Assembly (NCBI RefSeq): GCF_006345805.1
Contig: NW_021833382.1
Coordinates: forward strand, 1-27,507
Direction of reading: 5' to 3'
Origin: Octopus sinensis
Taxonomy: Eukaryota
DNA: 27,507 nt
Shown here: positions 22,458-27,507 of the stretch, in pieces
Layout of the letters: every line of letters starts with the position of its first letter
Numbering within the stretch: the stretch's first letter is position 1
Translations under genes and position numbers: made by a program
The notes under the pieces: model-generated
What the model saw: the letters and a program-made list of their open reading frames with translations, nothing else
Databases searched by the model: none
What the model was told of the DNA's origin: nothing

Positions 22458-22501
22458 CTTTCGTTGCATTTGACTGACAGCAGGCGACCTTGTGTCGTCT
22501 G
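22458..22501 (-). CDS. Candidate 44-nt exon
   Basis: T-rich acceptor TTTTATTTGTTTTTGAATAAG, donor AAG/GTTAGA; open and phase-compatible with either donor of the upstream exon. Confidence 0.3.
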
Positions 22502-22710
22502 CTTATTCAAAAACAAATAAAATGCACTCTCATTAATTTCGTAGTTCTTTAGCCTATCTTTTTGCTTTGTTGTCTTCTTTCTTCTGTATGTCAACTAAAC
22601 AGTCAACAGTGATATGGTTCCCTTGCAATCCGTTTCTCTAAGAAGTCTATTTTGGCCATTTTCCATGCAGTCTAGTGAAAAATCTTACGCAAAATTGCCA
22701 GCCAACTTAC

Positions 22711-22933
22711 TTCGAGTTGGCTGGGATTTGTTATCACTCATGACGCCCACCACTGGAAGTGACGTTTTATTTTGGCCTCGTCCATTTGGAACAGCTCCAA
22801 AATCTTCAACCCATTTCAAGATAGTTGTTAAATCTTTGCATTTCTCTAATGCTCGCTTTCTTTTTCGTTGATATTGTCGCTGTGGTTGTATTTTAGGTGG
22901 GGGTTGAGGTTGATTGCGTTTTATAGCAACCAT
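22711..22933 (-). CDS. Candidate first coding exon (MVAIKRNQPQPPPK...RKRKRALEKCKDLTTILKWVEDFG...)
   Basis: ATG, 74 open codons in unique DNA with a basic cluster, consensus donor GTAAGT at 22710 (alternative GTAAGA at 22688). Confidence 0.5.
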
Positions 22934-22994
22934 TATTCTCGTTTATTTTTCCATCCATTATGACGTCAGATAATACGATTCATTCTTAATATGA

Positions 22995-23010
22995 AACATA
23001 TACACATAGA

Positions 23011-23082
<72 letters not shown>

Positions 23083-23356
23083 CGCATACTTCTGTATGTG
23101 GTGTGTGTGAGCGTATGTCAGTTGTGTGTTTACAAATATATATGTACAAATATATATATATACACACACACATATATATATATACACACACACACACACA
23201 TATATATATATATTTACATATATACACATGTATGCGCGCGCGTGTGTGCGTGTATATGTATGTACACATACACATATGTGTATTTATGTATAAATATGTA
23301 TATTCTTCTATACAAAATCATACACATCAGTGTATGTGTGTGTGTGTGCATGTGTC

Positions 23357-23398
<42 letters not shown>

Positions 23399-23560
23399 TG
23401 CATACATACAAATGTGTATATATGTACATATATATATAGATAGATAGAGAGAGAGAGAGAGAGAGGGAGAGAAAATCATACATATATACATGCATACATA
23501 CATACATACATACATATGCATATATATTTATAAACATATATGTTTGTATATAAATGTGCA
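22995..23560. repeat. (TA)n/(TG)n/(CA)n/(GA)n block
   Basis: Directly visible. Confidence 0.95.
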
Positions 23561-23569
23561 TGTATCACT

Positions 23570-24217
23570 ACCCCCACCACCCCTCCCACATCTAGCTCAT
23601 CCACCCCCCCCACTTCAATAAGGGTCTGCGCTTCATTCCCCCCCCCCTGCGCTCCATCCAGTAACGAATTTCAGAACTGTGCTGATATTCATAGCTAGGC
23701 TATATGCACCATTCAAAAACACTCCACCTCCATCTAATGAAGAGGACTGCTTCGCCGACCTGGGCGCCGACCATCCCACTGGACGCCAGCTCCTGGCCAG
23801 TTCCAAGCAGCTACCAATGTGTTGTGGGCTGGTTTAACTTTCGCAGGCGCCCCCCGACATTTTATCATCTCCTCCGCCGAACACTCGGCTCTTCGATGCC
23901 TCCGACGCCGCAAAGACATCATCATAAAACTGGCTGACAAGGGTGGAGACTTGGTGGTGTGGCGCGCAGACCTCTACAAGGCTGAAGCTCTCCTCCAACT
24001 TCAAGATACCTCCTTCTATTGACCCCTGCCCTCCGAACCCATGCCCAACTACCAACAGACTGTGTCCTCCGCTATCCATGACCTCATCTCCTCCTCCCGT
24101 CTCCCTTCCATCGCCTCCAATCTCATTGTCCACACTCCACGCATCCCACCATTTACTTCCTTCCAAATTCCACAAGCCCAACAATCCATCGTCTCCGCCT
24201 GTAACTGCCCCACGGAA
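23570..24217 (+). mobile_element. Penelope-like element fragment, N-terminal RT region, pseudogenised (type 2)
   Basis: NKGLRFIP...WTPAPG...RKDIIIKLADKGGDLVVWRADLYKAEALLQLQDTSFY*...[14 protein letters not shown]...[11 protein letters not shown]; ADKGG at 23933-23947 is a hallmark PLE motif; breaks into (TA)n. Confidence 0.9.
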
Positions 24218-24227
24218 TATATATATA

Positions 24228-24283
<56 letters not shown>

Positions 24284-24298
24284 CTGTATGTATGCATG

Positions 24299-24350
<52 letters not shown>

Positions 24351-24646
24351 TATATATGTATATATGTATGTGTATATATATGTGGTGTATGTGTGTATGT
24401 ATGTATAGATGAATGGATGGATGCGTGTATATATGTATGTATATATATATATATACACACACACATATTTATATATACATATATATACACACATATATAT
24501 GTATGTATACATTTACATATACACGTATGTTATATACGTATATGTACATATGTATATGTATGTGTATATATATACATACATATCTTTATATACACATAAA
24601 TTTACATATATACATATACTTACATATGTATGTTTGCGTATGTATG

Positions 24647-24678
<32 letters not shown>

Positions 24679-24690
24679 CACACACAACAC
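24218..24690. repeat. (TA)n/(TATG)n block
   Basis: Directly visible. Confidence 0.95.
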
Positions 24691-24929
24691 AACGCATGAT
24701 AAATTTCACAGGATCAAAAGTAAAGAAAAAAACAATTAATAGCAAATGAATAATTAATTAGGAAAAGGGAACTCTTTTTATAATTATCTGTTTCGTTCGT
24801 CTGCTCTTTTTTCGACGTCCATTTTCTTCATTGGGTATTTCATATTTCTCAAACAGGGGCCGAAATCTCTCGTCTTGCATTATTTGTACCTGTTGGGAGC
24901 TGTAACATTATAAGCAGACACGTGACTGG

Positions 24930-24986
24930 TTGTCACCACCACCACCACAACAACAACAACAACTATTACTACTAACGCCATCGTAG

Positions 24987-25039
<53 letters not shown>

Positions 25040-25183
25040 GCTGTCAGCATGATCAGCAGCAGTAGTAGCAGTAGCAGCCCCGTTATCATACTCAACTTCA
25101 TCATCATCGCCATCATCATCATCATCATCATCGTCGTCGTCGTCGTCGTCGCCATCATCATCATCCCTATTATCATAAGAAGC

Positions 25184-25228
<45 letters not shown>

Positions 25229-25323
25229 GTTATCGTCATCATCATCATCATCGTCATCATCATCATCATCATCGTCGTCGTCGTCGCCATCATCATCATC
25301 CCTATTATCATAAGAAGCTTCAC

Positions 25324-25369
<46 letters not shown>

Positions 25370-25553
25370 GTTATCGTCATCATCATCATCGTCATCATTA
25401 TCATCATCGTCATCATTATCATCATCGTCATCATCATCATTGCCGTCAGCATTATCAGTAGCAGCCCCGATATCATACCCAACTTCATCATCGCCATCAT
25501 CATCATCATCGTCGTCATCATCATCATCATTATATCGTCACTATCATAATCAT

Positions 25554-25597
<44 letters not shown>

Positions 25598-25934
25598 CCG
25601 TTATAACCATCGTTGTCATCATCATCATGATCATCATGATCATGATCATCATCATCATGATCATCATCATCACCATCACCATCACCATCATCATCATCAA
25701 ACATCGCCATCATCAATGTCGCTCTTCCACATAAATGGGTGTAACCCTCCATTGAATTTCCTAACACTGATACAACATCCAATGTCGACACTTCTGTTCC
25801 ACTCATCGTCAACTGCTACTACAACTGCAACCACAACCACTACGACAACCGCCCCTATTCTATTATAGTAACACCGCTACTGCCGCCTACCATCACAATA
25901 CCTGTCATTACTACCACCATCATCGTCACCAATA

Positions 25935-25976
<42 letters not shown>

Positions 25977-26630
25977 CACCACTACTACTACTACTAACAC
26001 CATCACAATAACTACATCTACCACAACCAGCACAATAACGACCGCTACTACACCACCAGAACCACTATCAATACCACCACCACGGTAACTACCACTATCA
26101 CCACTGTAGTAACTACCACTGCCACTACTACCATAATAACTACTACTACAGCCACCACTACAATAACTACTACTACAACCACCGCCACAATAACAACCAC
26201 CCCACTACCACCACCACAATAACTACCACCACCACTGCCACAATAACTACCACCACGTCCACCACTACCACAATAACTACCGCCACCACAATAAGTACTA
26301 CTACCACCACCTCAATAAGTACTACTACCACCACCACTACCACAATAACTACCACCACGTCCACCACTACCACAATAACTACAACCACGTCCACCACTAC
26401 CACAATAACTACCGCCACCACAATAAGTACTACTACCACCACCACTACCACAATAACTACCACCACCTCAATAAGTACTACTACCACCACCACGTCCACC
26501 ACTACCACAATAACTACCACCACCACCACCACAAAAACTACTACTACAGAAACAACCACCACCACTACCACAATAACTACCATCACCACTACAATAACTA
26601 CTGCTACCGCCACCACCACATCATTCTCTG
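24930..26630. repeat. 1.7 kb trinucleotide-based array (CAT, then ACT/ACC) with higher-order units
   Basis: Directly visible; recurrent interrupting blocks. Confidence 0.95.
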
Positions 26631-26759
26631 CATCAAGCTTATCTGGCATCTTTGTTTATTTTTCTAATATTCGGATGAAAGAGTGACCGAGGTGGAAAGA
26701 GAGGAGAGACATTTGGCGAACTTCTATCATTTACTTTACCAATTTCTATTCAAAAGTCT

Positions 26760-26935
26760 CCCTTCGCCCCCGCCCGCACCCGTTTCACTGTTCCTTCACT
26801 CCTCCGCTCCTAGGATCCCCTCGCCTTCATCGTCTCGCATAGGTTTGATCCACTTCGTCGCTTCTATCCACCCCGTTCAGCGGTTCTTAAACTGACAAAC
26901 AACAGGAGTCCCCACCCACCCACCCATCCCTGCCC
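26760..26935 (-). promoter_or_regulatory. GC/CpG-rich segment with GC boxes and two G-quadruplex motifs; possible promoter
   Basis: Minus strand GGGTGCGGGCGGGGGCGAAGGG (26760-26781) and GGGCAGGGATGGGTGGGTGGGTGGG (26911-26935); lies upstream of the minus-strand exons. Confidence 0.3.
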
Positions 26936-26975
26936 GCGAAAAAAGAAACAACTGAAAAAAAAAATTAACGAAATA

Positions 26976-27366
26976 GGCGCAGTCATGGTTATGTGGTAAA
27001 GAAGATCGCTTTTGAACCATGTGGTTTCAGGTTCGGTCCTACTGCTCAGTATCTTTGGCGAGTGTCTCCTACTACAGCCTCAGGCCGATCAAAACCTTGA
27101 AAGCTAATTTGATAAACGGAAACTGCGTGGAAGCCCGCCGTTTGTATGTGTATGTATGTAGTGTGTGTGTGTGTGTGTGTATTCCACGACCGCTGCTTGA
27201 TAACCGGTGTTATTTTGTTTATATTCTCATAAATTAACTGCTCGGCAAAATTGACCGATCGAATAAAGTACTCAATTAAGTGCTGGGTTGATGTTCTTTT
27301 CGACTAAAACCCTTCGAGTGTGAGCTCAAGCATAGCCGCAGTCCAATTACTGAAAATTGTAAAAGA
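26976..27366 (+). mobile_element. Old diverged SINE family A with (TG) internal tract
   Basis: GGCGCAG head, GGTTCGGTCCTACTG, tail CAGCATAGCCGCAGTCCAATTACTGAAAATTGTAAAAG. Confidence 0.8.
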
Positions 27367-27507
27367 TAACAGATTAAGATAAATATTTTAGCCCGCCTTT
27401 CGTCCTTTTTTATTAATGAAAAAAACAAAATAGATACCAGAGACTTTTAAAAATTTTATCTCAGGAGAAAATAAGAGTTATATATTTATAAGAGTTATAT
27501 AGAGTTA

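Noticed and set aside
22961-22968. Consensus CRE TGACGTCA 28 nt upstream of the candidate ATG
   Set aside because: A single 8-mer is plausible by chance in 27 kb, and the TSS is unknown.
24880-26649. Poly-Met/Ile/His ORFs and a mucin-like Thr-rich frame
   Set aside because: Simple-repeat translation, with no signal peptide or splice framework and frame breaks within the tract.

Overview
AT-rich, microsatellite-saturated eukaryotic DNA. The SINE families and repeat load point to an octopus (coleoid cephalopod) genome; this is an inference, not a database match. Most of the window appears to be intronic or intergenic. It contains many tRNA-headed SINEs of three families, decayed retroelement fragments (two distinct Penelope-like RT pieces, one R4/Dong-type zinc-knuckle piece, an RTE-like tail), a MITE-like hairpin, and pieces of one unidentified minus-strand gene whose best-supported part is a ~1.19 kb Ser/Lys-rich exon at 10541-11732. 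Nearly all other ORFs in the track are microsatellite or antisense artefacts. The main signal is a set of minimal type I hammerhead ribozyme (HHR) motifs in short elements that mostly abut (TA)n-type tracts. Two have intact cores (15948-15990 minus, 16330-16375 plus), one is a U4C mirror copy forming a long hairpin, four belong to a family with a fixed A6U core, and three are decayed. Five motifs cluster within ~1 kb (15.6-16.55 kb), and each family has a different stem III palindrome. All alignments and folds were done by eye, element boundaries are approximate, and ribozyme activity is untested.
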